NCBI RefSeq assembly: GCF_964188315.1
Contig: NC_135667.1
Coordinates: forward strand, 24,738,001 to 24,802,000
DNA from: Podarcis muralis
Lineage: Eukaryota
DNA length: 64,000 nucleotides
Reading direction: 5' to 3'
A model generated the notes under the pieces. That model was not told where the DNA came from. It ran no database searches and saw nothing but the letters and a program-made list of their open reading frames with translations. Positions 48,514 through 60,195 of this stretch are shown piece after piece. The position numbers were made by a program, and so were the translations under genes. Positions within the stretch are counted from its first letter, which is position 1. Every line of letters begins with the position of its first letter.

Positions 48514-48799
48514 TATTGGATTACCTAGTACAAATATAATTAATTGAAACAATATTGTATTCTTCCCCTGCCTACCCATGATTCAAAAGTCACATTTTCT
48601 CTTGCTTCCCTGTGTATATTTTAGATTGTACACTGGAACTAGCATAGCTGTTCTTTGGAAAGTGCTATATATATTCTGAAATAATGATGATGCGGTGGTA
48701 GTAGTAGTAATTTGAAATTAAGTCCAAGTACTGTAGCTTCAATAGTTACATTAGGCTCTCATTTTAACAACTCCCCTTCTGTTTCCTTCAACAGTGAAC

Positions 48800-49771
48800 A
48801 TGCATCTTAAAGAGCAAAGCAGAGTTAATCAAACATCAATCTCAGAATTTCTCCTTCTAGAATTCTCTGAGGTTCGGGAACTACAGATTCTACACTTCCT
48901 TCTGTTCCTAGTATTGTACTTGGCAACTGTCACAGGGAATCTTCTCATCATCTCTGCAGTAGCCTTTGACCACCACCTGCACACCCCCATGTACTTCTTC
49001 CTGATGAACTTGGCCATGCAGGACCTGGGACAAGTTTCAGTCATCATCCCTAAATTCATGTCCAATTCCCTCATGAACACCAGGCACATTTCCTATTCTG
49101 GGTGTGTTGCTCAGGTCCTCTTCTTTCTCTTTTTCTTAGCATCTGATTTCTCCCTTCTCACAGTCATGGCATATGATAGGTACATTGCCATCTGCAACCC
49201 ACTGCAATATGAAGTGTTGATGAATAAGCAGGCCTGCATCCAAATGGTTACTAGTGTGTGGATCAGCAGTTTTTTCTATGGATTGTTACACACGGGAGGC
49301 ACCTTTGCACCCACCTTTTGCTCCAATATTGTCAATCAGTTTTTCTGTGAAATCCCACAGTTACTTAAACTGACCTGCTCTGATTTGTACCTACTTGAAA
49401 TTGGAATTGTTGTGGTAAGTGCTGTCATTGGGTTAGGTTGTTTTATCTTCATCATCATTACCTATGTGCACATCTTCACTGCAGTGTTGAAAATCCCTTC
49501 TATTGAAGGGAGGCAAAAGGCCTTCTCAACATGCCTTCCACACCTCATTGTTTTCTCCATATTTGTGTTCACTGGCTGCTTTGCTTATCTCAAGCCAACC
49601 TCTAATACCCCCTCACATCTGGACTTGGCACTTACCATTATATATTCCATGTTTCCGCCACTGATGAATCCAGTAATCTACAGCATGAGAAACAAGGAGA
49701 TAAAACATTCCCTGTTAAAACTATTGGGTTTGAGACACTCTAAGAACTCATTCTTTAGTTTTCTTGTGTAA
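48800..49771 (+). CDS. Olfactory receptor, OR14-like, intact (323 aa)
   Basis: Canonical motifs; true ATG at 48800 (the track GTG at 48794 overlaps the acceptor AG). Confidence 0.95.
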   Translation: MHLKEQSRVNQTSISEFLLLEFSEVRELQILHFLLFLVLYLATVTGNLLIISAVAFDHHLHTPMYFFLMNLAMQDLGQVSVIIPKFMSNSLMNTRHISYSGCVAQVLFFLFFLASDFSLLTVMAYDRYIAICNPLQYEVLMNKQACIQMVTSVWISSFFYGLLHTGGTFAPTFCSNIVNQFFCEIPQLLKLTCSDLYLLEIGIVVVSAVIGLGCFIFIIITYVHIFTAVLKIPSIEGRQKAFSTCLPHLIVFSIFVFTGCFAYLKPTSNTPSHLDLALTIIYSMFPPLMNPVIYSMRNKEIKHSLLKLLGLRHSKNSFFSFLV

Positions 49772-50316
49772 ATGTGGGTGGTATGTCATCCTGTCTATGC
49801 AGAGAAAATGTTGTGGACTACAACCTCTATTATTCTACAGAGTGGCAGTATAAATTGGAATACTGCAATTGGTTGGCCTGCCCTGTGGACCTTTTCACAC
49901 AAGGTGAACAATTCATATTACTGAAGTGTTTATTTAGTGCCACCCACTTCATCAAGTAGCATAAGCCCAAGAATACTTTTAATGATTGACTGATTTTTAG
50001 ACTATCCTTTAAGGATGTGATTGTTCATTTATGGCTGTGTAGAACATTTAAGAAAATACAGCAATGGAGATAAAAATATGACTAATATTAATCCAATTGG
50101 AACCACATTGTATCCCCTTAAAATTGAACCATAACATTTAAAACTATCAGTAACAATTTATAAAATCTATAGCAAATAAAAAACAAAATGAGGCTAATGT
50201 TGTGAGCTGTTTCTTAAACTTTCTCCCAAATTCCAATTTCTACTGTTCATTTTAAAATTGCATTTCACTTAGGATTCTGGGTGCAATGTTCCTGAGAAAG
50301 AAATATTCTATTGATG

Positions 50317-50633
50317 CAGGGGCGTATGAAGTGGGGGGTGGAGAGGGCGGCCCGCCCCGGGTACCACTCTGGGGTGTGTGTGACAAGATGGCCCCTGCCT
50401 CCCCCCAGCTGTAGAGCAGCCGAGGGCATGTGCAGTCAGTATGGGTGCCACTCGCGTGCACCATCCATATGGGCGTTCATACAGGCTGCCTCTTGCACGG
50501 CGACCGTATGGGCTGCTGCTCTCGCAGGCTGTCCATATGGGGATCCGTACGGAGTTGCGTGTACGCCACCGGGTGGTTTGCCCCGCCCCTCAGTGTACCG
50601 CCCCGGGTGTTGGAGAGGGTTCCTCCACCACTG
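50317..50633 (+). mobile_element. hAT-like MITE
   Basis: 8-bp TSD TATTGATG on both sides; imperfect TIRs CAGGGGCGTATGAAG / CAGTGGTGGAGGAAC. Confidence 0.7.
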
Positions 50634-51115
50634 TATTGATGTGGTTCATCTTACTACCCGTTCCAAGTGACTGATGCAAGATTAAGTCAATGTCACAATG
50701 ACTATGCAAAAACCCACACAGTAGTTACATTATCTTCCATAATTTACAGTCAGTCACTTGTGTTAGGGAAATAAACCAGTGTAAATTATGCTGGACTTAC
50801 TCTGGTGTGGCCTGGCTGAGTGGAGAAACATCTGTCTGAGCCAAAAATCCACTGTATCATAACTCACTCAACCAAACAGATCTAGGACAGATCTACACTC
50901 ATGGTTGTCAACGTTAAGGAAGGGTTAAGGAAGGTTTTATAATCATATAGCCACATGACATTCCCCTTTTAATGTTTCTGATGCATTATTAAAATGTGAC
51001 ACCAGAAGGCACTGCAGAGCAACCAGCAACTAACAGTATCTCACCTTCATAAGATTATGAGGTTAAAAATATATATATATATTTTAAATTACATTAAAAA
51101 ACAAATGACTTAACA

Positions 51116-51700
51116 CTGGGGTCAGCAAACTTTTTCAGCAGGTCCACAGTCCCTCAGACCTTGTGGGGGGCCGGACTATATTTTTTGGGGGGAAATGAAT
51201 GAATTCCTATGCCCCACAAATAACCCAGAGATGCATTTTAAATAAAAGGACATATTCTACTCACATAAGAACATGCTAATTCCTAGACCAAGGGTCTGCA
51301 ACCTTTAAGACAAAAAGAGCCACTTGGACCCGTTTCCGAAGAAAAAACAACAACTGGGAGCTGCAAAACCATTGCGACATTTAAAACAAATATATCTCCG
51401 GAGCTGCGATCTGACAGCGGGCGGGAAGGTGACGTCGGGACGGTGCGTGACTAACGCACACACCGCCCCCATGTGACGTCACAGCCAGTACAGCGCCCAC
51501 CACAGTGAGGAGTGTCGGGGTGCACAATGCGCCTCCTCCCCTCGCTAGTATCCGCCCCGGAGCCGCGGCAAAGATGTAAAAGAGCCACATGCGGCTCCGG
51601 AGCCGCGGGTTGCAGACCCCTGTCCTAGACCGTCCGTGGGCTGGATTCGGAAGGCGATTGGGCCAGATCCGGCACCCGGGCCTTAGTTTGCCTACCCATG
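51116..51700 (+). mobile_element. hAT (Charlie-type) MITE hosting a nested element
   Basis: TSD ACTTAACA on both sides; termini CTGGGGTCAGCAAACT ... AGTTTGCCTACCCATG. Confidence 0.8.
51289..51622 (+). mobile_element. Nested hAT (Charlie-type) MITE
   Basis: TSD TCCTAGAC on both sides; termini CAAGGGTCTGCAACC ... GGTTGCAGACCCCTG. Confidence 0.85.
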
Positions 51701-53905
51701 ACTTAACATAACTCACCTGGCCCACTATTTCCTTCCCTGCCCTAATCTACTTAGTAGCAGTTGCCTTTTAATTTCTCCCATCTGAGTTAGATATTATTGT
51801 CAATGTTTAATTTCTAGTAAGGAGGAAGAAGAAGTTGTCAGGTCTCAAATATGTGTAGAAATACCAACCTGTGATCTAGAAGCCCTGCACAAAGTCTCAG
51901 GAAATAGGGGACTCTTGCTAGCTGTTCAGTGAGGGAGGCGAATGCACTCTTTACTTTCTCAGGAACATGTACATCTAGTTCTAGTTTGAGGAGTGGAACC
52001 ATAAGAATAAAAATGGGAGCCAGGTCTGTACCCTACTAATCCCTACACAATTTTATTTTTATTTTTTGAGATCAATAATTCTATCCCTAACTTTAATTCT
52101 CTAGCCGTTTAAATGTATTTATATTTCCCTCAAAGAAACTGCTGTTATATTTGATTGGACTCATGTCAGCCTATCCCCAAAGGCCAACTTAGAAAAGCTA
52201 CATATAAAGCTTTCAACAAAAGCGTCCTTCGGATGTCATTTTACCACTGAGCCAGATACATGCTCTTCCGGCAAATAATTGCAGATTTTCATTTCAGAGG
52301 AACTAGAGGATTGAATAGCTAAATAACTAGGATTTTGCAGATTATACAGACACAGACAACTGGAAGGTCACAGGAAAAAGACAATATGTGAGCAATAGAC
52401 CTTCAACAGACTGTGAGAAAGAGTGATCGGTGATGAATGACAAATCATCTGACAATGTGAGACAAAGGTGTGCACACAAAAACTGATATTTCGGGATTAG
52501 GCCAGGGAAATGCCTGGTTTGGAATAACATAGCTAGCTCCTAGAGAAATGTATAAAGAAACAGTCACAGCCAAAGAACACTGGGGATTATTTATAATTGT
52601 ATAGACAATGTTGTTGTTCTTTTTCTTAAAATCATTCTTTCATCCATCATCATGTTCTTTTTTTTTTTTTTTTTGTCAGGTGTTGGACTTAAATTTCTTC
52701 CAGTGGAATTACTCAATCTGTCTATGACTTTGGGTGGAAGTCCCTTCCTTAAAAGGAATATTAACAATACTGGCCTACATGCCTTCTTGAATCTTTATAA
52801 ACAATCTCCTGTAAGGGATGACATCTAATGACTGGGTAATTGGTATTAAATATTCTGCTTTTATTGTCCCACACCACCATCCTTTTCTCAAATGTTTATC
52901 TACATCCTTGTTTGCTGCTGGTTTTTTGTGTTTTTTAAAGATGAGTCTCAGTTCTGTGTTAAAGTATGCTTTGTATGGATAAGGTCAAACAAAAGAAGCC
53001 CACCATGGATTTAGTTACTGTTCAATCCTGTGCACTTCTCCTCAGAAGTCCATCCCATGGATTTCAACAGGACTTACTCCCAGGTAAGTGGGTATAGGGT
53101 TGCAGCCTTAATGGGTTTTTTTTGGTAAAAGTACTAAGACCTTGTCTGTAGAGAAGACGGCAAGTCTTGCCCTCCAGGTTGGCAATACTGATTAGAACAT
53201 TTGTAACGTTACCTGTGATCATAACCGTGTAGAGCAGGAATCACCAGTATGGTTTCCTCCTTATGTTGTTGGACTCTATTTTTCATCAGACTTAGCCAGC
53301 ATAGCCAATGGGCAGCAATGTTGAGACCTGGAGTCCAAGAAACAGTTGGAGAGCACCACATTGTCTGTCCCTGGTGTAGGCTCTATTGTCATATGCCATT
53401 AAATGCATATTGTCATATGCAATTAAATGAAACGTAAATGAACAGTCCAGTCTGGGTGTTGGGTTGCCACTGCAGCAGTTTTTGCACAAACACAATCTAA
53501 TCAGCATTACATCTTCTGTCAGATATTACCCCTTGCCTTGTTAATCTTTGTTTTTCAAAATACTTTAAGGATGCCAACCACATAATTTGTTTATTAATGT
53601 TCCGCTTTTTGGTAAGTCAAACAGTGACTATAAATGTGTTTACATGTCACCAGTTCCTAAATATATATTCCTTTTTTGGATTACTGCAGTTATTATGTGT
53701 ATCTTAATAAAGTCAGCATGACCCATTTGACTCATTTACTGTCCTCATAAGCATGGTCAAATATTGCATTTTGGCAGAATTAATCAATGTTCAATTTTTA
53801 AAACATGCATGTAGAACCTCTATTGAGATACGTTTCAGGACACCACCATCCCATTTATGTCTTCCCTTCTCTGACAGGGGTGCATTATTGAATAACAGTA
53901 AGGAA

Positions 53906-54822
53906 ATGTTCAACCAAAGCATTGTGAAAGGTTTCCTTCTCTTGGAATTCTCGGAAATTCGAGAACTGCAGATTGTATGCTTTGTGACATTTTTCATAAT
54001 CTACCTGACAGCTCTGGCTGGAAATCTGCTGGTGATCAATGTTGTAGCACTCAACCAATATCTTCATACTCCAATGTACTTTTTCCTGGCGAATTTATCT
54101 GCTGTCGACCTTGGTTATATCTCAGTCACCATTCCCAAAGCTATAGCTAACACCATACTGGGCACCAGGCACATTTCGTATTCTGAATGTGTGGCTCAGG
54201 TCTTCTTCTTTGTTTTTTTTGCGGCCTCCGAGTTCTTCCTCCTGACAGTCATGGCCTATGATCGATACATTGCCATCTGCAACCCACTGCAATATGAGCT
54301 ACTTATGAACAAAGTATCCTGCATTCAAATGGTAGTTAGTGTGTGGCTCATTGGCCTTTTCTATGCTGTTTTGCACACTAGCTGCACATTTGGAATCATT
54401 TTTTGCTCTAATGTCATAAAGCAGTTTTTCTGTGAAATCCCACAGCTTCTCCAGCTCTCATGCTCCAACTCATACATTTTTGAAGGAGGAGCTGTCATAT
54501 TTTGTTCAGTGTTGGGTATAGGATGTTTTGGATTCATAATTATTTCCTATCTGCAGATTTTAAAAGCAGTGCTGAGGATCCCCTCTGTACAAGGAAGAGA
54601 AAAAGCCATCTCCACTTGCCTTCCCCATCTCATTGTCCTTTTCTTATTTTTCTTCACTGGAAGCATTGCTTATAGGGACGAGCATCTAGGTCCTCCTCAG
54701 ACATGGGGCTGATGCTTGCAGTGATGTATTCAATCATTCCACCTTTCATGAATCCCATTATTTATAGCATCAGGAATAAAGATATCAAGAGAGCACTTTG
54801 GAGGCTTAAAAATAGAAAATAA
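53906..54822 (+). pseudogene. OR14-like pseudogene with a single 1-bp deletion after TM6
   Basis: Intact from MFNQS to GSIAY. After an 11-nt (not 12-nt) stretch at 54674-54684 the shifted frame reads SRSSSDMGLMLAVMYSIIPPFMNPIIYSIRNKDIKRALWRLKNRK* (stop 54820-54822). Total length 917 nt. Confidence 0.9.
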
Positions 54823-55274
54823 ATGATGCAGTTTCACTTACAAATACTCTGTAAAATATGGGCTACAACTTGCTTGGTGCAATACCCTATAACCTTCCAA
54901 TAACCCCACCCCCCAAAGTACATGCTCAGTAGGCAACATTACCTGATCTCCCAACAAACTTTGTGCAAAAAATTCAGGGTGAATGTTCAATAAACAGGTC
55001 ATCTTGAAGTGGCCAGTGATCTGCATACTTGACATGTATTTTGCAAAGTGTGTGTGATTTTGTCTTTTATTGTTGAATTAATTTGTCTTGGTTTTCTAGT
55101 CATGGGTTGGACAAGAGGTTTGCATGGCACTAAAGACTTTACTGCTGGACATATTATCTGGGATCCCCAAGATTTCACCAGATATGGCCATTGCAATTTC
55201 AAGATTCTCTTCACAAACAGAATTTAAAATGTAATATTTTCTATTATGAAATCTAGGAGTTGCAGTTTGCTTCT

Positions 55275-55347
55275 TTTACCGCTGAATCAGAACAAATGTC
55301 AATCAAGGGGGAAACCTGATTGATGCCTGTTCTGATTCAGCGGTAAA
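55275..55347. repeat. 73-nt hairpin with perfect 20-bp arms
   Basis: TTTACCGCTGAATCAGAACA / TGTTCTGATTCAGCGGTAAA plus an inner stem. Confidence 0.85.
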
Positions 55348-55645
55348 CAGCAGATTTTCCCAGGGAAAGTGGCAGGACAAAAAACCCAACAACACTCCAA
55401 CCCTTGCCTAGAAATTGCAGCACAAACAGAACTGTGGATGAGCCCTTAGTGTTTCAGTATCCATTAGCTTCCCCATGATTTGAATTCTGGCAGGAATTGT
55501 GGGTTTTAGAATGTTGAACAGATTATTCATTTTTAAAAACCTACTATTTTCATTTTTATGGGAAGCTTTATTATGGAAAATATATTTTAAAACCAAAAAT
55601 GGAAACCATCTTGTCCAGCTTTTTAAAATTTGTGTGCATCACACA

Positions 55646-56875
55646 GACGGCTGCTGTTGCTGCTTGTGTGAGTGTTGGGAAGACTGCTCCCTCCTTTGCC
55701 AACTCCATCCGGCCTAGGGGGCAGGACCTGCACTCACTGCCAGGGCCTCCATCAAGACCTCCGGGACACGGCTGCTGTTGTTGCTTGTGTGAGTGTTGGA
55801 AGGACCGCTCCCTTTTCTGCCAACTCCATCTGGCCTAGGGGCGGGGCCTGCACTCACTGCCACAGCATAAGAGGCCTGAGAGAGGCCCCCGGGACACGGC
55901 TGCTGTTGCTGCTTGTGTGAGTGTTGGGAAGACTGCTCCCTCCTTTGCCAACTCCATCCGGCCTAGGGGGCAGGACCTGCACTCACTGCCAGGGCCTCCA
56001 TCAAGACCTCCGGGACACGGCTGCTGTTGCTGCTTGCGTGAGTGTTGGGAGGACCGCTCCCTTTTCTGCCAACTCCATCTGGCCTAGGGGCGGGGCCTGC
56101 ACTCACTGCCACAGCATAAGAGGCCTGAGAGAGGCCCCCGGGACACGGCTGCTGTTGCTGCTTGTGTGAGTGTTGGGAAGACTGCTCCCTCCTTTGCCAA
56201 CTCCATCCGGCCTAGGGGGCAGGACCTGCACTCACTGCCAGGGCCTCCATCAAGACCTCCGGGACACGGCTGCTGTTGTTGCTTGTGTGAGTGTTGGGAG
56301 GACCGCTCCCTTTTCTGCCAACTCCATCTGGCCTAGGGGCGGGGCCTGCACTCACTGCCACAGCATAAGAGGCCTGAGAGAGGCCCCCGGGACACGGCTG
56401 CTGTTGCTGCTTGTGTGAGTGTTGGGAAGACTGCTCCCTCCTTTGCCAACTCCATCCGGCCTAGGGGGCAGGACCTGCACTCACTGCCAGGGCCTCCATC
56501 AAGACCTCCGGGACACGGCTGCTGTTGCTGCTTGCGTGAGTGTTGGGAGGACCGCTCCCTTTTCTGCCAACTCCATCTGGCCTAGGGGCGGGGCCTGCAC
56601 TCACTGCCACAGCATAAGAGGCCTGAGAGAGGCCCCCGGGACACGGCTGCTGTTGCTGCTTGTGTGAGTGTTGGGAAGACTGCTCCCTCCTTTGCCAACT
56701 CCATCCGGCCTAGGGGGCAGGACCTGCACTCACTGCCAGGGCCTCCATCAAGACCTCCGGGACACGGCTGCTGTTGCTGCTTGCGTGAGTGTTGGGAGGA
56801 CCGCTCCCTTTTCTGCCAACTCCATCTGGCCTAGGGGCGGGGCCTGCACTCACCGCCACAGCATAAGAGGCCTGA
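55646..56875 (+). repeat. GC-rich tandem array: ~5 x 249-bp dimers of 121+128-bp monomers
   Basis: Identical motifs recur at 55672, 55921, 56170, 56419 and 56668. Confidence 0.95.
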
Positions 56876-57162
56876 ACAGCTACCGGCAGCAATGGACAAA
56901 ATGGTTTTAAATGTTTTAATTGTTTTTAATTTGCAGCACTTTAAATGGTGGTTGTTGTTTTTTATAATATTATATTATTTTATTATTTTATTTTTGCTTG
57001 GGGAGGGATAAGCATTTAGTCAGCGCTATTGTTTCTTGCTTTGTTTTGTTCTGTTTTGTTTTATTATTATCATTATTATTCTGTTAAATTATTATATAGT
57101 TTGTATTTTGCTTTTTAAGGGGTGGGGTCAGGGCTGCCTGGGAGTGGGTCCCAGCAAACAAA

Positions 57163-60100
57163 ATGGCTGGGGCATGTTCCACAGGGGGGGATGCACTGGG
57201 ACAACCGATCTCAGTGATCATGGGTAGGAGGAGGAGTTACGCTAAGACCAGACCATGTCATTACAGAGGAGGCAGGTTTAGTCGTTGTCTGAGGACTATC
57301 CCTGCCTCCAGGTCTGGTCCTGACCGGAAGGATACTGGAATCAGCAAGGGAAACCCACATGACCTGAAAGTGTTGCTGTGCAATGCCAGGTCAATGATGA
57401 ATAAAACTACTGCCATCCACGACCTGATTGTGGATGGAGGATTTGACCTGGCATGTGTGACAGAGACCTGGTTGGATGAAGCAGATGGGCCTGTCCTTGC
57501 CGCTGCTTGCCCACCAGGTTTCTCTTACGCACAGCAACCCAGGTCATGTGGGCGGGGAGGGGGGGTTGCAGTGATTTTTAGGAAGTCATTAGTCTGCACC
57601 AGGCGTCCTATTGGGAAGACCCAGTTCTCTGAGTGCATGTTCTGAAAGTTGGGCAATAGGGGCAGTACAGGATTCCTACTGGTGTACCGACCTCCCCGCT
57701 GCACCAAGGATTCCCTGCCCGAGCTGCTTCAGGTCGTGGCGGATATGCTCCTGGAGACACCTAGCTTGGTTGTCCTGGGGGATTTTAACATCCATGCCGA
57801 CACGACCTTACAAGGGGCCGCTCGGGACTTCGTGGAAAGCATGGCCTCCATGGGGCTGTCCCTGAATAAGTTTGGCCCAAATCATAGCCATGGACATGCC
57901 TTAGACTTGGTGTTCACCTCTATGGATGCTGGTGATCTGACACTAACTAAAAGCGAAACAAAAGAAGTGCCATGGTCAGATCACTTCCTGGTGCAACTGG
58001 ACTTCTCCGCAACCCTTCCCCTCTGCAGGGAGGTGGGACCAATTCAGATGGTCCGCCCCCGCCACTTAATGGATCCAATTGGCTTCCAGAGAGTGGTAGG
58101 GGATGCTTTATCCCAAGTTGATGGCCTTTCAGCTGATTCCCTGGTGGCACGCTGGAATGCGGAGTTAACCAGGGCTATTGACTGTCTGGCTCCGAAGCGC
58201 CCTCTCCGATTGCATGGAGCCCGGACAGCCCCGTGGTTTTCCCCGGAGCTGAGGGTGATGAAACAATCGTTGAGACGGCTAGAGCGCCGGTGGCGGAAAA
58301 CTCATTCTGAATCAGACCGGACACGGGCTAGAGCTCAACGTCGAGCCTACCAAGTGGCAATGGCGACGGCGAAGAGGGCCTTCTTCGCTGCCTCCATAGC
58401 ATCTGCAGAAAACAGCAGCAGGAGACTTTTTCAGGTGGTTCGCAATCTATCGGAACCACCTGTACCACCGGGGCCTGGTAGGGACCCCAAGATCTCCTGC
58501 AATGCTTTTGCAAAGTTTTTTGCAGATAAAATCGCTCAGATTCAGAAGGAGGTAGACTCCACCGTGGGAGCAGGGCCAGGGCGGGAGAGTGCTAGAGTTC
58601 TGTCTGGTCCTGTTACATGGGATCAATTCCAGTCTGTTACCTCCGAGGATGTGGACAGGCTGCTTGGAAAAGTGAAACCGACCACCTGTCTCCTTGATCC
58701 TTGCCCATCCTGGCTGATAAAAGCGAGCCGGGAAGGGCTGGGCGATGGGCTCTGCGGGGTGGTGAATGCTTCCCTCTGTGAGGGAGCCTTCCCAGACCCG
58801 CTGAAAGAGGCGGTCATTAAACCGCTTCTTAAAAAAACATCTTTAGACCCGGCCAATTTGGCCAACTATCGCCCAGTCTCAAATCTACCATTCTTGGGCA
58901 AGGTGATTGAGCGGGTGGTTGCTGAACAACTCCAAGCACGCCTGGAGGAAACGGACCATTTGGATCCCTTCCAATCGGGATTCAGGTCTCACCATGGGAC
59001 TGAAACTGCCTTGGTCGCGCTGGTTGATGATCTCCGGCGGGCTAGGGACAAAGGTGAGAGCTGTTTCCTAGTTCTGCTGGATCTCTCAGCGGCCTTTGAC
59101 ACCATCGACCATAACATCCTTCTGGACCGTCTAGAGGGGCTGGGAGCTGGGGGCACTGTCATACAGTGGTTCCACTCCTTCCTCCTGGGTCGTGTCCAGA
59201 AAGTGGTGGTGGGGGATGAGTGCTCAGACCCCTGGGCTCTCACTTGTGGGGTGCCTCAGGGTTCTGTCCTCTCCCCCATGCTTTTTAATATCTATATGAA
59301 GCCGCTGGGAGAGATCATCAGGGGGTTTGGACTGGGTGTTCATCAGTACGCAGATGACACCCAGCTCTACCTCTCCTTTAAATCAGAACCAGTGAGGGCG
59401 GTGAAGGTCCTGTGTGAGTGCCTGGAGGCGGTTGGAGGATGGATGGCGGCTAACAGACTGAGGTTGAATCCTGACAAGACAGAAGTACTGTTTTTGGGGG
59501 ACAGGGAGCGGGTTGGTGTGGGGGATTCCCTGGTCTTGAATGGGGTAACTGTGCCCCTAAAGGACCAGGTGCGTAGCCTGGGAGTCATTTTGGACTCACA
59601 GCTGTCCATGGAGGCGCAGGTTAACTCTGTGTCCAGGGCAGCTGTCTACCAGCTCCACCTGGTACGCAGGCTAAGACCCTACCTGCCCGCGAACTGTCTC
59701 GCCAGAGTGGTGCATGCTCTAGTTATCTCACGCTTGGACTACTGCAACGCGCTCTACGTGGGGCTACCTTTGAAGGTGACCCGGAAACTGCAATTAATCC
59801 AGAATGCGGCAGCTAGACTGGTGACTGGGAGTGGCCGCTGGGACCATATAACACCGGTTCTGAGAGACCTGCATTGGCTCCCAGTACGTTTCCGAGCACG
59901 ATTCAAAGTGTTGGTGCTGACCTTTAAAGCCCTAAACGGCCTCGGTCCTGTATACCTGAAGGAGCATCTCCACCCCCATCATTCAGCCCGGACACTGAGA
60001 TCCAGCGCCGAGGGCCTTCTGGCGGTTCCCTCATTGCGAGAAGTGAGGCTACAGGGAACCAGACAGAGGGCCTTCTCGGTAGTGGCGCCCGCCCTGTGGA

Positions 60101-60195
60101 ACGCCCTCCCATTAGATGTCAAAGAGATAAATAATTACCTGATATTCAGAAGACATCTTAAGGCAGCCCTGTTCAGGGAAGTTTTTAATATGTAA
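57163..60195 (+). pseudogene. L2 ORF2 (APE endonuclease + reverse transcriptase), 1011 codons with one internal TGA at 57643-57645
   Basis: The two track ORFs (57163 and 57649) are in the same frame. APE motifs CNARS, VTETWL, YRPP, LGDFNIH, LDLVF, SDH; RT motifs YRPVSNL, QSGFR, LDLSAAFDT, GVPQGSVLSP, YADD. Confidence 0.93.

Noticed and set aside
22574-53997. Minus-strand ORFs overlapping OR genes (e.g. 10476, 22574, 30443, 48829, 53791)
   Set aside because: Antisense shadows of conserved OR codons with no independent motif.
55672-56910. Five repeated 82-aa ORFs; possible CRISPR-like or repeat-protein locus
   Set aside because: They are by-products of the 249-bp period (divisible by 3), start at GTG and each ends in a stop. 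There are no unique spacers and no cas genes, and the context is eukaryotic.
57643-57645. Programmed readthrough or selenocysteine at the L2 internal TGA
   Set aside because: A simple TGG>TGA change explains it. No SECIS or readthrough context was recognised.
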